NCBI GenBank assembly: GCA_943357175.1
Contig: CALRGE010000001.1
Location: 65,232 to 129,231, forward strand
DNA: 64,000 nucleotides
Source of the DNA: Candidatus Peribacteria bacterium
GTDB taxonomy: Bacteria; Patescibacteriota; Gracilibacteria; UBA1369; 2-02-FULL-48-14
Reading direction: 5' to 3'
The first letter of the stretch is position 1; each line of letters begins with the position of its first letter. Positions 44,525 through 53,883 of the stretch are shown here, piece after piece. A program made the translations under genes and the position numbers. A model generated the notes under the pieces. It saw only the letters and a program-made list of their open reading frames with translations, made no database searches and was not told the DNA's origin.

Positions 44525-44703
44525 AGCAATTGGGGGGTTAGGAACTAAACCGTGTAAATTATAGTAAGGTATTTACAGATTGGCAAACCTGTTCGCCTTG
44601 CGTTGCGGAAAAAATATGTCAAATCTAGTCTGCTCTAACCTGTAAAATGTTTACTGGTTGAAGGGTCATTTTTTGCCTTTTCCGAGCCATTTTTACGATT
44701 TAT

Positions 44704-44731
44704 TTGACTAAAAAGCTCTGTTAAGTATACT
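44704..44731 (+). promoter_or_regulatory. sigma70-like promoter for tRNA-Glu
   Basis: TTGACT (44704-44709), 16-nt spacer, TATACT (44726-44731), 15 nt upstream of the tRNA 5' end. Confidence 0.5.
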
Positions 44732-44746
44732 TCTTCAGGAAATTTT

Positions 44747-44821
44747 GGTCTCATCGTCTAACGGTTAGGACAACAGGTTTTCATCCTGTAAATAGGAGTT
44801 CAATTCTCCTTGAGACTACCA
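44747..44821 (+). tRNA. tRNA-Glu (anticodon UUC), CCA encoded
   Basis: Folded by hand. Acceptor GGTCTCA/TGAGACT, D-stem GTCT/GGAC, anticodon stem ACAGG/CCTGT with loop TTTTCAT, T-stem AGGAG/CTCCT with loop TTCAATT, discriminator A, then CCA. Confidence 0.9.
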
Positions 44822-44892
44822 CTCGCTTGAATAGCGAGCTTTTTCGTTTATTTAAAATAGTGCTATAGTGCTTTCACTTAACCCACACAAAT

Positions 44893-45762
44893 ATGAGAAC
44901 TAACTTTTTTGAAGAACATAGGAAGTTGATTGGGATACTTATACTTGCTTTGCTTGCAGGTCTTTGGCTTTTTAAGTCTAATAGTGAAAGGATGGTGTCA
45001 TCTACTGAATCAAGCGGGGAAGGCTATTATCAAGATTCAATGATGGCGACAAAGAGTATGGATTTGTCAGTTGCTCCAATGGCTGATCAGAGTTTTAATG
45101 GTGCTCAATATGGAGAGCAGGTGATAAAAACAGCTTCACTATCTTTGCACGTTGATGACGTTAGAAAACAGAGTGATGCAATTAAGGCTATGATTCAAGG
45201 CTTAGCTGGTTATGTTGATGATTCAAATATTAATAGGTACGACGGAAATTACTCAGCAAACATGACATTGCGAGTTCCTTCAGATAAATTTGATTCTACC
45301 GTTGCCGCGTTAAAAGATTTGGCGGTTTATGTGAACAATGAATACTCTAATAGTGAAGACGTGACTCAGTATTATAATGATCTCGATTCAAAAATTAAAA
45401 ATCGTGAGGCATTGGAATTGCAGTATCTTGAGGTTTTGAAGAAGGCGAATGATGTTGATGCAATAGTGTCGATCACTAAGGCATTAGCGGATGTTCGTTC
45501 TGAAATCGAATCTCTACAGATTGAGAAAAAAGGTTATGACAATCGAATTCAGTATTCATCGATTAGTGTGAACCTTGAAGAAGATGCAAGTGTTTCAGAT
45601 ACTGCAAGTACTTGGAGTGTTGTAAGTACAGTAAAACAGGCATTTAGTGATTGGGTGGTCTTCTTACAGACCCTATTGGATAAAGGTGTTTATGCCTTAG
45701 TGTACGGCTGGCCTTTGTTACTTGTATATCTTGGATGGAGAATTTACAGACGAAGACGTTAA
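44893..45762 (+). CDS. DUF4349-like protein (N- and C-terminal TM segments, coiled-coil middle)
   Basis: 289 aa. Contains LSLHVDDVRKQSDAIKAMIQGLAGYVDDSNI...ANMTLRVPSDKFDSTVAALKDLA...SEDVTQYYNDLDSKIKN. C-terminal TM segment. Confidence 0.55.
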   Translation: MRTNFFEEHRKLIGILILALLAGLWLFKSNSERMVSSTESSGEGYYQDSMMATKSMDLSVAPMADQSFNGAQYGEQVIKTASLSLHVDDVRKQSDAIKAMIQGLAGYVDDSNINRYDGNYSANMTLRVPSDKFDSTVAALKDLAVYVNNEYSNSEDVTQYYNDLDSKIKNREALELQYLEVLKKANDVDAIVSITKALADVRSEIESLQIEKKGYDNRIQYSSISVNLEEDASVSDTASTWSVVSTVKQAFSDWVVFLQTLLDKGVYALVYGWPLLLVYLGWRIYRRRR

Positions 45763-46430
45763 ATAAACTTCTTTTTATCGGGCCACTTGCATATATGTGC
45801 GAGTGGACACTGCCCGCACTTTGGTTTGCGGGCAGTGCAGGTTTGTCGGCCGAAAAAAATCAGCTGAAGATGTAGGTCGATCCAGTATTTTTTATCTATT
45901 ACTGCTTTTGCTTCTCTTCCTGTTTTATCACGGTTTTTGCCTGAGTGGGCGATGCCAAGTCGATTCAAAACGCGATGTATATGAGTATCAACAGGGAAGG
46001 CTGGAATCTTGAACCACTGTGATTGAATAACTTGAGCTGTTTTTGGTCCTACTCCTGGCAACGCGCGAAGTGCGTCAAAGTCAGAAGGTACTATGCCTGT
46101 TTTTAATGTTGCCTTAGCGACGCCCACAATAGCTTTAGTTTTCTGATTAAAGTAACCACAAGGGCGAATGATTGCTCGAACTTTGTCTTCGCCTAGTGCG
46201 AGTATATCTGCTGGTTCACAAGCCCGTTCTGCAGGAAAAAGAAGTGGAGTAATTGTGTTCACCCTTGCATCCGTGCATTGAGCGGAAAGAATTACCGCAA
46301 GTAACAACTCAAAAACACTTCGATGTCTTAGTGGGGCTTTAGCATTTGGATAAAGCTCGGCCAGAGTAGAAACGATTTCAGTATGTACTTTGTTCATTGT
46401 TGTTTTTTGCAACGTTGCTGTCGCCAACAA
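45759..46430 (-). CDS. nth: endonuclease III
   Basis: HhH-GPD segment LPGVGPKTAQVI, plus FPVDTHIHRV. FeS cluster loop CTARKPKCGQCPLAHIC. Confidence 0.9.
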   Translation of the reverse strand: MLATATLQKTTMNKVHTEIVSTLAELYPNAKAPLRHRSVFELLLAVILSAQCTDARVNTITPLLFPAERACEPADILALGEDKVRAIIRPCGYFNQKTKAIVGVAKATLKTGIVPSDFDALRALPGVGPKTAQVIQSQWFKIPAFPVDTHIHRVLNRLGIAHSGKNRDKTGREAKAVIDKKYWIDLHLQLIFFGRQTCTARKPKCGQCPLAHICKWPDKKKFI

Positions 46431-46758
46431 AGCTGAATTCAGTACCGTCTGCAGTTTCCATTCCTTTTAGTTCGTCAGAATTTTGTAGCTGAATATATGA
46501 ACGCGCATCTATAATTTCTCTTTCAAGATCGCGACTTTCAGATTGTAATTTTTCATTGTCAATTTGCATTTGTTTTAATGTGTATCCTTTCGCGGGTTTT
46601 AAACTATTTAAATATAGATAAGAAAAAGTTACAGTAACGCTTAAAATAGTAAGTGTAATCGTTAAAAGCTTGTAAATGGATTTAACCTCTTCAGAAAGAG
46701 GTTTTTTGTCTTTACGTCGAGAGAGAGGCCGAACTTTTCTGGTGAGTGGATCAATCAT
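46378..46758 (-). CDS. FtsL/DivIC-like single-pass coiled-coil protein (hypothetical)
   Basis: 126 aa. TM segment LLTITLTILSVTVTFSYLYL followed by a coiled coil LKQMQIDNEKLQSESRDLEREI. Confidence 0.4.
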   Translation of the reverse strand: MIDPLTRKVRPLSRRKDKKPLSEEVKSIYKLLTITLTILSVTVTFSYLYLNSLKPAKGYTLKQMQIDNEKLQSESRDLEREIIDARSYIQLQNSDELKGMETADGTEFSFVGDSNVAKNNNEQSTY

Positions 46759-46766
46759 TTTGGCGT

Positions 46767-47657
46767 TTACTTGAGCACTTCGACGCGTACATTTAATACC
46801 CCTGTGGAGAGATTTGCAATCTTTTCGAATGCTGCGGCTGACAAATCTATGATATATCCGTCGCGGTATGGACCCCGGTCATTTATTTTTACTGTAACAG
46901 AAAGTCCGTTGGATAGGTTTGTAGTTTTAACTATTGTTCCAAATGGAAGAGTTTTGTGGGCCGCCGTTAGTTTTGTTGAGTCATATAGATCGCCAGAAGC
47001 AGTACCTGAGCCCTCAAAATTTCCGCCGTACCATGTTGCTCCGCCATATTCAACGACGCCACTATAATTGTCTTTATAGAGCCTATAAATCATTTCTGAT
47101 AGTTCACCGCGGCTTACTAAATTTGAAGGAGAATAATCTCCTGCCATATTTGGAAGTACTAATGCATGATCAACTGCAAAATTCAGATATTTTTCGTACC
47201 ATTCGCCGCTGTCAGTTAGTGTTATAGCGTTTGCCTGAAGTAACATTTTAAGTGCTTCAACACGATTAACAGTTTCATTTGGTTTGAATGTGCCGTCTTC
47301 GTAACCAGAGATTATTCCAAGGTTAATTGCAGTGTTTAAATATGGATGGAACCAGTCAGATTCTTCTACATCTGAAAAAGTTACTCCGCTTCCATCTGTC
47401 ATTTCAGTTTTGCTTGATGCGAGAATCATCTTTAATGTTTCGGCGCGAGTAACAGGATTTTCAGGTTTGAATGTGTTATCTGAATAGCCGCCGGCGAAAC
47501 CAGCGCTGGTCATATACCAAATGGCGTCGTGATATTGATCGTTACTAGGAACATCTTCGTACCAGGATTCTGATTCGGCTGTGAGTGGCAAAATGATGGA
47601 AATGATCAGGGCTGATAGCAATGCACTAACAGCTCGCCTTGGGCGAGAAACTTTCAT
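46767..47657 (-). CDS. secreted SLH-domain protein with a C-terminal RlpA-like double-psi beta-barrel domain
   Basis: Signal peptide. SLH-like repeats (GFAGGYSDNTFKPENPVTRAETLKMI; GIISGYEDGTFKPNETVNRVEALKML). ATWYGGNFEGSGTASGDLYD...VTVKINDRGPY. Confidence 0.75.
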   Translation of the reverse strand: MKVSRPRRAVSALLSALIISIILPLTAESESWYEDVPSNDQYHDAIWYMTSAGFAGGYSDNTFKPENPVTRAETLKMILASSKTEMTDGSGVTFSDVEESDWFHPYLNTAINLGIISGYEDGTFKPNETVNRVEALKMLLQANAITLTDSGEWYEKYLNFAVDHALVLPNMAGDYSPSNLVSRGELSEMIYRLYKDNYSGVVEYGGATWYGGNFEGSGTASGDLYDSTKLTAAHKTLPFGTIVKTTNLSNGLSVTVKINDRGPYRDGYIIDLSAAAFEKIANLSTGVLNVRVEVLK

Positions 47658-48109
47658 TTCTTGTATTTAATTACTACTTGTCTGTAATCGCCTTCGCCCA
47701 TGCTTTCAGTAACGAGGCCTTTGTACTCATCTTTCATAAGGTGAAGATGAACTATTCTTCTGAAGTAAGGTGACATTGGTGGAAGAGCAACTTGCCCTCT
47801 AGTTGAAAGTACTTCCTCAGCTTTTTGACTCGCGATTGTTAACACGTTTTCTTCTTGTCTTTGTCTGTAATTATCAACATCCATGCTGATTGAAATTTCC
47901 TGGCCTGCTTGTTTGTAAACCATAACTTTCACAATGCTTTGCATGGCCTTTAGATTTTCACCGTGGTGACCAATAAGCAAACTTGGATCTTCAGAAGTTA
48001 TATTGATTCTGAAGCTTCCGTCTTCAAGTTTTTCAACATCTACGTCAGTGAAATCTATTCCCAAGTGGACTAGAAATTCAGATACTATTCTTTTTATTCT
48101 TGCTTCCAT
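47654..48109 (-). CDS. jag: Jag/KhpB-type RNA-binding protein (KH + R3H)
   Basis: R3H segment LPPMSPYFRRIVHLHL. Conserved position downstream of yidC. Confidence 0.8.
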   Translation of the reverse strand: MEARIKRIVSEFLVHLGIDFTDVDVEKLEDGSFRINITSEDPSLLIGHHGENLKAMQSIVKVMVYKQAGQEISISMDVDNYRQRQEENVLTIASQKAEEVLSTRGQVALPPMSPYFRRIVHLHLMKDEYKGLVTESMGEGDYRQVVIKYKK

Positions 48110-48117
48110 ATGCTGGC

Positions 48118-49341
48118 TTAATTATTAGAATTTTTATTGATGATTCTGATTTTAACTTCGTCGCTGCTACTTATAGAACTTTCTGACACGTCTTTATTTA
48201 CCACAAGCTGTTGTAATATGCCATATAAAGTTGAAGTTCCCCAGTATAAACCAACAGCGGCAGGTGCTGCAGCCGTGAACACTGCGATCATAATCGGCAT
48301 GACATATGTCATCATGTTGTTAACCATTTTCATATCATTTTCTAAGGTTTTTATTGCGCCTTTATCTTTCTTTTGTTTCGCCATCATAAGTTTCATTTGT
48401 ATGAACTGAAGCCCACCTACAATTAATGGTAAGATAATTAAACTTTTTTCAAGAAGATTGAAGCCTAAGAAATAACTGCTGATGTTTGCAATTGAGAATT
48501 CAGGCATAAAACTATATACCAATATTGCTTGGTCAGGGTTCAGACCACCTAATATCACATCATAAAGCCCAATTAGAATCGGAAGCTGAATTAATAGAGG
48601 TAAGCAGCTTGATAGCGGATTAACTTTATTGTTTTTCCAAAGCAGCATAGTTTCTTGTGCTAGTCTTTGTTGGTCATTAGCATGTTTCTTCTTTAGTTCT
48701 TCAAGTTTTGGCTGAAGTAGTTGCATTCTTCTTTGTGCTTTCATACCTTTTTGAGAAGGTATAAGTAGAATTGTTCTGATTAAAATTGTTAATACTATTA
48801 TTCCAAGACCAAGATTGTGACCTGGCATGTATGTCAAAATGGCAATTAGAAGATTAAGCATTGGCTGATAAATCAGATTTCTCCATGCACTTGTAAAAAT
48901 ACCTGGTTCAACAATTAGGAATTCAGGTGTTGAGAATGCGTCATATTCAATTTTATATCTTCCAACTTGTCCAAAAAGTGAATATAAATAATCATTATAT
49001 GTGACTGTTGTTTTTGCTCCTGGCTCGATTGTAATATCTTTTACTTTGCTGCAATCAATTTCTAGATCAGTTGTAATTTCTTCGTAACCTGCGCTTTTGA
49101 ACATGAAAATTTTCAGAGGTGCATCTGGACATTCGGAAGGAATCACCACAACTTCAGCTGTATTATTTTTAATCTCGAGCGCAAGTGGTTTCCCAATTGC
49201 ATATTCGTTCTTGCTCATTTTCATGCCGATGTCGCCTTGATCAAGAACCGGATCAACGGATTTACCATTGCTGAAAAACTGCATGACCAAAAATGTGGTC
49301 AAAAAAATCATTACATAAAAGAGGATGTCATTTTTTTTCAT
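48118..49341 (-). CDS. yidC: membrane protein insertase YidC
   Basis: KVNPLSSCLPLLIQLPILIGLY, plus C-terminal TM helices and GLYWGTSTLYGILQQ. Confidence 0.9.
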   Translation of the reverse strand: MKKNDILFYVMIFLTTFLVMQFFSNGKSVDPVLDQGDIGMKMSKNEYAIGKPLALEIKNNTAEVVVIPSECPDAPLKIFMFKSAGYEEITTDLEIDCSKVKDITIEPGAKTTVTYNDYLYSLFGQVGRYKIEYDAFSTPEFLIVEPGIFTSAWRNLIYQPMLNLLIAILTYMPGHNLGLGIIVLTILIRTILLIPSQKGMKAQRRMQLLQPKLEELKKKHANDQQRLAQETMLLWKNNKVNPLSSCLPLLIQLPILIGLYDVILGGLNPDQAILVYSFMPEFSIANISSYFLGFNLLEKSLIILPLIVGGLQFIQMKLMMAKQKKDKGAIKTLENDMKMVNNMMTYVMPIMIAVFTAAAPAAVGLYWGTSTLYGILQQLVVNKDVSESSISSSDEVKIRIINKNSNN

Positions 49342-49694
49342 AGTTTTTTGATAGTTTCTAGTACTGCCATTTCTATTTCTGAATATTTAAGTTTCATTAG
49401 AGATTTTCTGGCAAAGATTATAATGTCTAAAGATTTCTGTGGAATGATATCACTTTTTTCGTTCAAACGTATAACTTCTTGAATTTGTCTTCTGATGCGA
49501 TTTCTTTTTACTGCTGATTTCTCCACTTTTTTACTAACATTCACGGCATATCTATTTTCGCCGAGCTCATTTTTGCGAATTCGAATAATTAGAAACCGAC
49601 CATCAATTGTATGGCCGTTTTCTTTAATGTCTTCGATGTTATCGCGGTGTCCAATCCGCTTATTTCGTTTTAACACGAGGTACAGATACAGCAA
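49338..49694 (-). CDS. rnpA: ribonuclease P protein component
   Basis: Contains [29 protein letters not shown]. The ORF-track start is a TTG at 49694. A GTG at 49676 (MLKRNKRIG...) is an alternative. Overlaps the rpmH 3' end. Confidence 0.85.
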   Translation of the reverse strand: MLYLYLVLKRNKRIGHRDNIEDIKENGHTIDGRFLIIRIRKNELGENRYAVNVSKKVEKSAVKRNRIRRQIQEVIRLNEKSDIIPQKSLDIIIFARKSLMKLKYSEIEMAVLETIKKL

Positions 49695-49812
49695 GGATTT
49701 TTCGGCCCTTGGCTCTTCTTCTTGAAATTACAAGTCTGCCGTTTTTAGTCGACATTCTTTTCATGAATCCGTGTGTTCGCACCCTTTTGAGTTTTTTTAG
49801 CTTTCCTTGCAT
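49660..49812 (-). CDS. rpmH: 50S ribosomal protein L34 (not in the ORF track, 50 aa)
   Basis: Hand translation gives [50 protein letters not shown]. It carries the L34 signature (R.HGF..RM.TKNGR.V...RR.KGRK.L). Confidence 0.9.
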   Translation of the reverse strand: MQGKLKKLKRVRTHGFMKRMSTKNGRLVISRRRAKGRKILAVSVPRVKTK

Positions 49813-49961
49813 ATTTTTAAATTAGCCAAGTGAATTTAATGGCAGTTGGCGAGGAAGTCAAGTTTATTTAGAGTAGCCCTTGCCAAATCTATCGAATATT
49901 TGTAGAGTAAGCACGAATTTAGCCTCACTCACAGAGAAGCTGTGAGCTTAAATAAGAAAAA

Positions 49962-51884
49962 ATGTTTTTGCAACTTGATCAAAAATCACTATTTTTAGGG
50001 AGAAAGCCAAATGGTTTTACGGAGACTTATTATACTGAGTGGGATGATGGATTAGGAAAAAGTAAGATTTCACTATTTTTGGTGATGTCTATTGGAAGTA
50101 GCCAAGTTCCTGGTGAGGAAATAGGGAAGGAGGCTTTTCAGCTTCTTCAAGATCATTATTTGGACGATCTTTCAGGTGATCCTTATGACAGGTTTGAAAA
50201 TGCTCTTCGTGAAGTGAATTTGATGATAAGTGATAAAGAAAAAACAATCGATATGAAGTTTGTGCCAAATGTTCATGTAGTTTGTGGTGTGATTGAGAAA
50301 GATATGCTTTTCTTGTCACAAAGAGGAGATGCACAGGGCTATCTTATAAGGAAGAGACATGTGAGCTCGATTACTGAGGGTCTTTTTGATGAAAAAAATA
50401 CAGAAGATTTATTCCAAAATATTGCTAGTGGCGTGCTAGAAGTAAATGACTCAGTGATTTTGGTTACAGGCAAATTGGTTCAATATGTTACTCCAAGTGA
50501 ACTTTCGAAGGTTTTTTCTGAGCAATCTTTGATGGAAGCCGTGAAGGAGCTTGAAGAAATGCTCTCAGGGGATATTGAGGAACAGATGGCATTACTCACT
50601 TTCGATATTCTTGAGAAATCCGAAAGTAAGGAAATTTTTGTTGAGCGAGAAATTAAACATGAGAAATCTGCTAACACCCATGTCAATCGTGCCAAGATGG
50701 CTTTGAGCGAAGTTAAATGGGGAAAGCCAATTCATATTTTAAGAGAGTGGGCAGTCCGACAGGAGAGATTGAAGGTTTTGGACGGTATGAAAACTTGGGG
50801 TAGAGATAAAATTCTTATCGCTGTTGTTGCGGCTATTGTGATTCTTGTTGGTGGGGTTGGGTATCTTTCTCTTCATTTAAGTACACAAAAAGTGAAAGAC
50901 GTAATGTTGGCAAAACTTGATACTGCGGAAGAAAATATAAATGAAGCTGGTACAAAGGGAGGTTTTGATAAAAAGAAAGCATCATCTTTATTAGATGATG
51001 CACAAGCTTTAGCAGTTGAGGTTTTGGATTCAGAATATTATCACAGCGAAGCCAGTGAAATTATTGATAAAGTTTCAGATCAACGTGATTATTTGGATAA
51101 TGTGGTTAGAGTAGAAAATGAGCTAATTAAATTGGCAGATTTCACATCAACTTCGCCAATTTTGGGAATTGCGCCTTATAAAGATAGAATTGTTGGTTTT
51201 ACCGATGGCAGTATTTTTCAGATTTTAATCGATCAAGTTGAGGCTGCAATTAAAGTTGATGGAACTGCTATTGCTGGTAATTACTTCGTGGATCAGCAAA
51301 AGCTTTTACTTTTAACTTCTGAAGGTAAACTTGTTGAATATGAAGATGGTAATACTCAATTTGCTGATACGGCTGATGTGGAATGGAAGAAAGGAAATTC
51401 CATTACCAGCTATTCATCAAAGGTTTATATTCTTGATGCTATTGGTAATCAGATTTGGAAATACACTCATGGACGAACTGCATATTCGTCTGCGACAGCT
51501 TATTTTAGTGATGCAGTTGATCTGAGCAAAGCGGTTTCTTTTGCAATTGACGGTAGTATTTGGACAGTTGATGCAGATGGAACAATTAGGAAGTTTTTGA
51601 GTGGAAAGGAAGTTACAATTAATTTTTTGCAAGCGCCGCTTACTCCTGTTGAAAGGGCAACAAAAATTTATACCGAGCTAGATATGAGTCAGATTTATAT
51701 TCTTGATTCAGATACAAATACTATTCTTGTTTATACAAAAAGCACTAGAAATGATGATTTAACTTACAGCTCACAGTATCGTCTTGATGGTATCAAAGAC
51801 ACAGTGAAAGACATGTACTACGACAGAATAAAATCCATGCTGTACATGGCGACTGATACAGCGCTTTATGAGATTAAGCTTTAG
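49962..51884 (+). CDS. hypothetical bitopic membrane protein (cytoplasmic N-domain, central TM, beta-rich C-terminal ectodomain)
   Basis: 640 aa. TM segment ILIAVVAAIVILVGGVGYLSL near aa 300. The N-domain is faintly PP2C/SpoIIE-like (HVVCGVIEKDMLFLSQRGDAQGYL ... VNDSVILVTGKL). The C-terminal part looks like repeated beta strands. Confidence 0.55.
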   Translation: MFLQLDQKSLFLGRKPNGFTETYYTEWDDGLGKSKISLFLVMSIGSSQVPGEEIGKEAFQLLQDHYLDDLSGDPYDRFENALREVNLMISDKEKTIDMKFVPNVHVVCGVIEKDMLFLSQRGDAQGYLIRKRHVSSITEGLFDEKNTEDLFQNIASGVLEVNDSVILVTGKLVQYVTPSELSKVFSEQSLMEAVKELEEMLSGDIEEQMALLTFDILEKSESKEIFVEREIKHEKSANTHVNRAKMALSEVKWGKPIHILREWAVRQERLKVLDGMKTWGRDKILIAVVAAIVILVGGVGYLSLHLSTQKVKDVMLAKLDTAEENINEAGTKGGFDKKKASSLLDDAQALAVEVLDSEYYHSEASEIIDKVSDQRDYLDNVVRVENELIKLADFTSTSPILGIAPYKDRIVGFTDGSIFQILIDQVEAAIKVDGTAIAGNYFVDQQKLLLLTSEGKLVEYEDGNTQFADTADVEWKKGNSITSYSSKVYILDAIGNQIWKYTHGRTAYSSATAYFSDAVDLSKAVSFAIDGSIWTVDADGTIRKFLSGKEVTINFLQAPLTPVERATKIYTELDMSQIYILDSDTNTILVYTKSTRNDDLTYSSQYRLDGIKDTVKDMYYDRIKSMLYMATDTALYEIKL

Positions 51885-52027
51885 AAGTTTTTTACAGATT
51901 CTAAAAGGCGGTTTTTCTCTTCTGTGAATTTTTTATATCCAGATTTTTTTTCTGGCTTAGATGTAGACTCTTCAGTTTGAAGGTTTTGAATCTCGTCTTC
52001 GATGCTTTGTATTGTATCTTTGTTCAA

Positions 52028-52606
52028 TTAGAATCTGTTTACTTTGTTTGTTAACTCTTCATTCTCAGCTGCTTTTTTATCGATTTCATCTTGTTTTATT
52101 TTCTCTTCAGCCTCTTTAGCAAGTCGTGCTTCTTCAGCAATACGTAATAATTCTTCTTGCTTTCGTATACCAGCGACTAGTACTGAATCGATTAACTCAG
52201 TTACTTTAACTTGTACCAACAGTCCGTCCTCACTGGTACAAGTCACTCCTGTGCATGAGACAGTACCAGCTGTCTCTCTTACTCCGTTTTCTATTAATGA
52301 CAACTTTACTGTTAGTGCCCCGTTTTCTGCTTTGTTAACTGCTATTTGGAGATAATTTGTATTCGAATACTGTCCAGAAGGGTCTTTTTTATATATATTT
52401 ATAACATTGCTTCCTAATGCTTTAAATGCGTATTCAATGCCATTCTTAGATTTAAATTCAAGCTGTTTTTCGATTTCTGAGGTTGTTAGTCGTGAGATAT
52501 CTTGGGCGGCATCTGTAATTTTGACAGCCATTTTTGTTAAACTTGTTAAGGTCATCTCCTTAGATTCAGTAGTCTGTTCACTCGGATTTTTAGGTATTTC
52601 TGGCAT
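52028..52606 (-). CDS. hypothetical protein with a C-terminal coiled coil
   Basis: 192-aa ORF with no known motif. Preceded by a promoter that contains the G10 tract. Confidence 0.5.
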   Translation of the reverse strand: MPEIPKNPSEQTTESKEMTLTSLTKMAVKITDAAQDISRLTTSEIEKQLEFKSKNGIEYAFKALGSNVINIYKKDPSGQYSNTNYLQIAVNKAENGALTVKLSLIENGVRETAGTVSCTGVTCTSEDGLLVQVKVTELIDSVLVAGIRKQEELLRIAEEARLAKEAEEKIKQDEIDKKAAENEELTNKVNRF

Positions 52607-52629
52607 ATTTGTTTTTGTTAAATCTACTA

Positions 52630-52659
52630 ATTATAACATGAATTACCCCCCCCCCGCAA
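52630..52659 (-). promoter_or_regulatory. sigma70-like promoter whose spacer contains a G10 (plus-strand C10) homopolymer
   Basis: On the minus strand: TTGCGG (52659-52654), 18-nt spacer, TATAAT (52635-52630). The ATG lies 23 nt downstream. Confidence 0.45.
52646..52655. repeat. C10/G10 homopolymeric tract
   Basis: Read directly. It is the only long G/C homopolymer noticed in this AT-rich window. Confidence 0.95.
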
Positions 52660-52694
52660 GGTTTAAGGTTTATAGTAGGTAAATAGGTCAAAAC

Positions 52695-52735
52695 CCTTAT
52701 TGTAACCGTGTTGCATTTAGCAGGTTACAATAAGG
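52695..52735 (-). terminator. perfect 13-bp-stem hairpin immediately downstream of ackA
   Basis: CCTTATTGTAACC (52695-52707), a 15-nt loop, then GGTTACAATAAGG (52723-52735). On the minus strand it is followed by GTTTTGACC, a weak U-tract. Confidence 0.5.
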
Positions 52736-52738
52736 AAA

Positions 52739-53767
52739 TCACGCTATTTTGCGGGCGATCTGTAGTTCCTCGTTCGTTTTAATTACGAAAATTTTTATGG
52801 CGGATTTTTTTGAGGAGATTTCACGGGCGTTTGCCATGTTTGCTTTTTCGTCGAGGTCGATGTTTAGGTATTTGCAGATTCGGCTTCTCAAATAGAACGC
52901 ATTTTCGCCGATGCCGGCGGTAAAGGAAATGGCGGCTGGTTGGCCGTTGGCGTACATTCCTAAAATGATCTTTGCCATTTGATAAGAAAAAACGTCGAAT
53001 ACACGGAGAGTGCCGGCGGATTTTGGCTTTGCCCAGAGGTCGCGAATATCTGAGCTGATTTCAGAAAGGCCTTTGAAGCCGGATTCGTGTTCTAGGATTT
53101 TTTCGATTTCGGTGAGGGAGCGATTCTTTGCGAGGTGAAAAATGATTGCAGGGTCGATTGTGCCGCTTCGTGTTCCCATCATTGGTCCTTCTAGGGGAGT
53201 GAAGCCCATTGATGTATCTACTGACTTGCCGTTTTGGATTGCAGTAATACTAACGCCGTTGCCGATGTGACATGAGATTATTTTTTTATATTTTTTTAGT
53301 TCGCCAGCAATGTATTCGTGGCTTGTTCCGTGAAAGCCGTAGCGGCGGATTCCTTCTTTTTTGTAGAGTTTGTAAGGTAGACCGTAAAGGAAGGCTTTTT
53401 CAGGTAGAGTTGAGTGGAAGGCAGTGTCGAAAACCGCGTAGTGTGTGGCTCGTGGTAAAACTTTTCTTGCAGCTTTTATACATGCAATGTTTGCTGGGTT
53501 GTGTAATGGAGCTAAGCCATTCAATTTCTCGAGTTGGCGAAGGTTTAAGAAGTTGATTTTCGTTGGCTTTGTGAATTTTTCTCCACCGTGAACAACTCTG
53601 TGGCCTACTTTGTCGATTTTTTGATCTTTTAGAATTTTCAGAACAGATCGCATTGCTTCATCGTGGCTTTTAATACGGTCGATGTGACCTCGATTTAGTT
53701 CTTTCTCACCGTTAAAAAGTGCGAATCTGAGCGAAGATGAGCCGGCGTTGATAACTAATGTGGACAT
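52739..53767 (-). CDS. ackA: acetate kinase (short, 342 aa)
   Basis: Contains LVINAGSSSLRFALF, HRVVHGG, FDTAFH, RRYGFHGTSH, CHIGNGVSI and DTSMGFTPLEGPMMGTRSG. Confidence 0.9.
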   Translation of the reverse strand: MSTLVINAGSSSLRFALFNGEKELNRGHIDRIKSHDEAMRSVLKILKDQKIDKVGHRVVHGGEKFTKPTKINFLNLRQLEKLNGLAPLHNPANIACIKAARKVLPRATHYAVFDTAFHSTLPEKAFLYGLPYKLYKKEGIRRYGFHGTSHEYIAGELKKYKKIISCHIGNGVSITAIQNGKSVDTSMGFTPLEGPMMGTRSGTIDPAIIFHLAKNRSLTEIEKILEHESGFKGLSEISSDIRDLWAKPKSAGTLRVFDVFSYQMAKIILGMYANGQPAAISFTAGIGENAFYLRSRICKYLNIDLDEKANMANAREISSKKSAIKIFVIKTNEELQIARKIA

Positions 53768-53883
53768 AATTTTTGGTGGCTGTTGTCAGAGCTCTGACAA
53801 CAGATAATTCTTCCTTATTATGCACGAAATTTGTTTTTCAGAATATGGGAAATATATATAATTTATTTTTAACTAAAATTGTT

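Noticed and set aside
49813-49961. An oriC next to rpmH.
   Set aside because: No DnaA-box-like 9-mers or obvious AT-rich unwinding repeats were seen in this spacer, and dnaA is not the neighbouring gene.
51885-52027. Possible 31-aa ORF (TTG start) or regulatory RNA in the 143-bp gap after the 640-aa gene.
   Set aside because: It has no ATG, no RBS-like sequence, no conservation signal that I can assess and no convincing hairpin.
53773-53883. 37-codon N-terminal extension of the dinD ORF (MVAVVRALTTDNSSLLCTKF...).
   Set aside because: It begins at a non-ATG codon almost abutting the divergent ackA start and has no counterpart in DinD as I recall it. The internal ATG at 53884 aligns with the conserved N-terminus.
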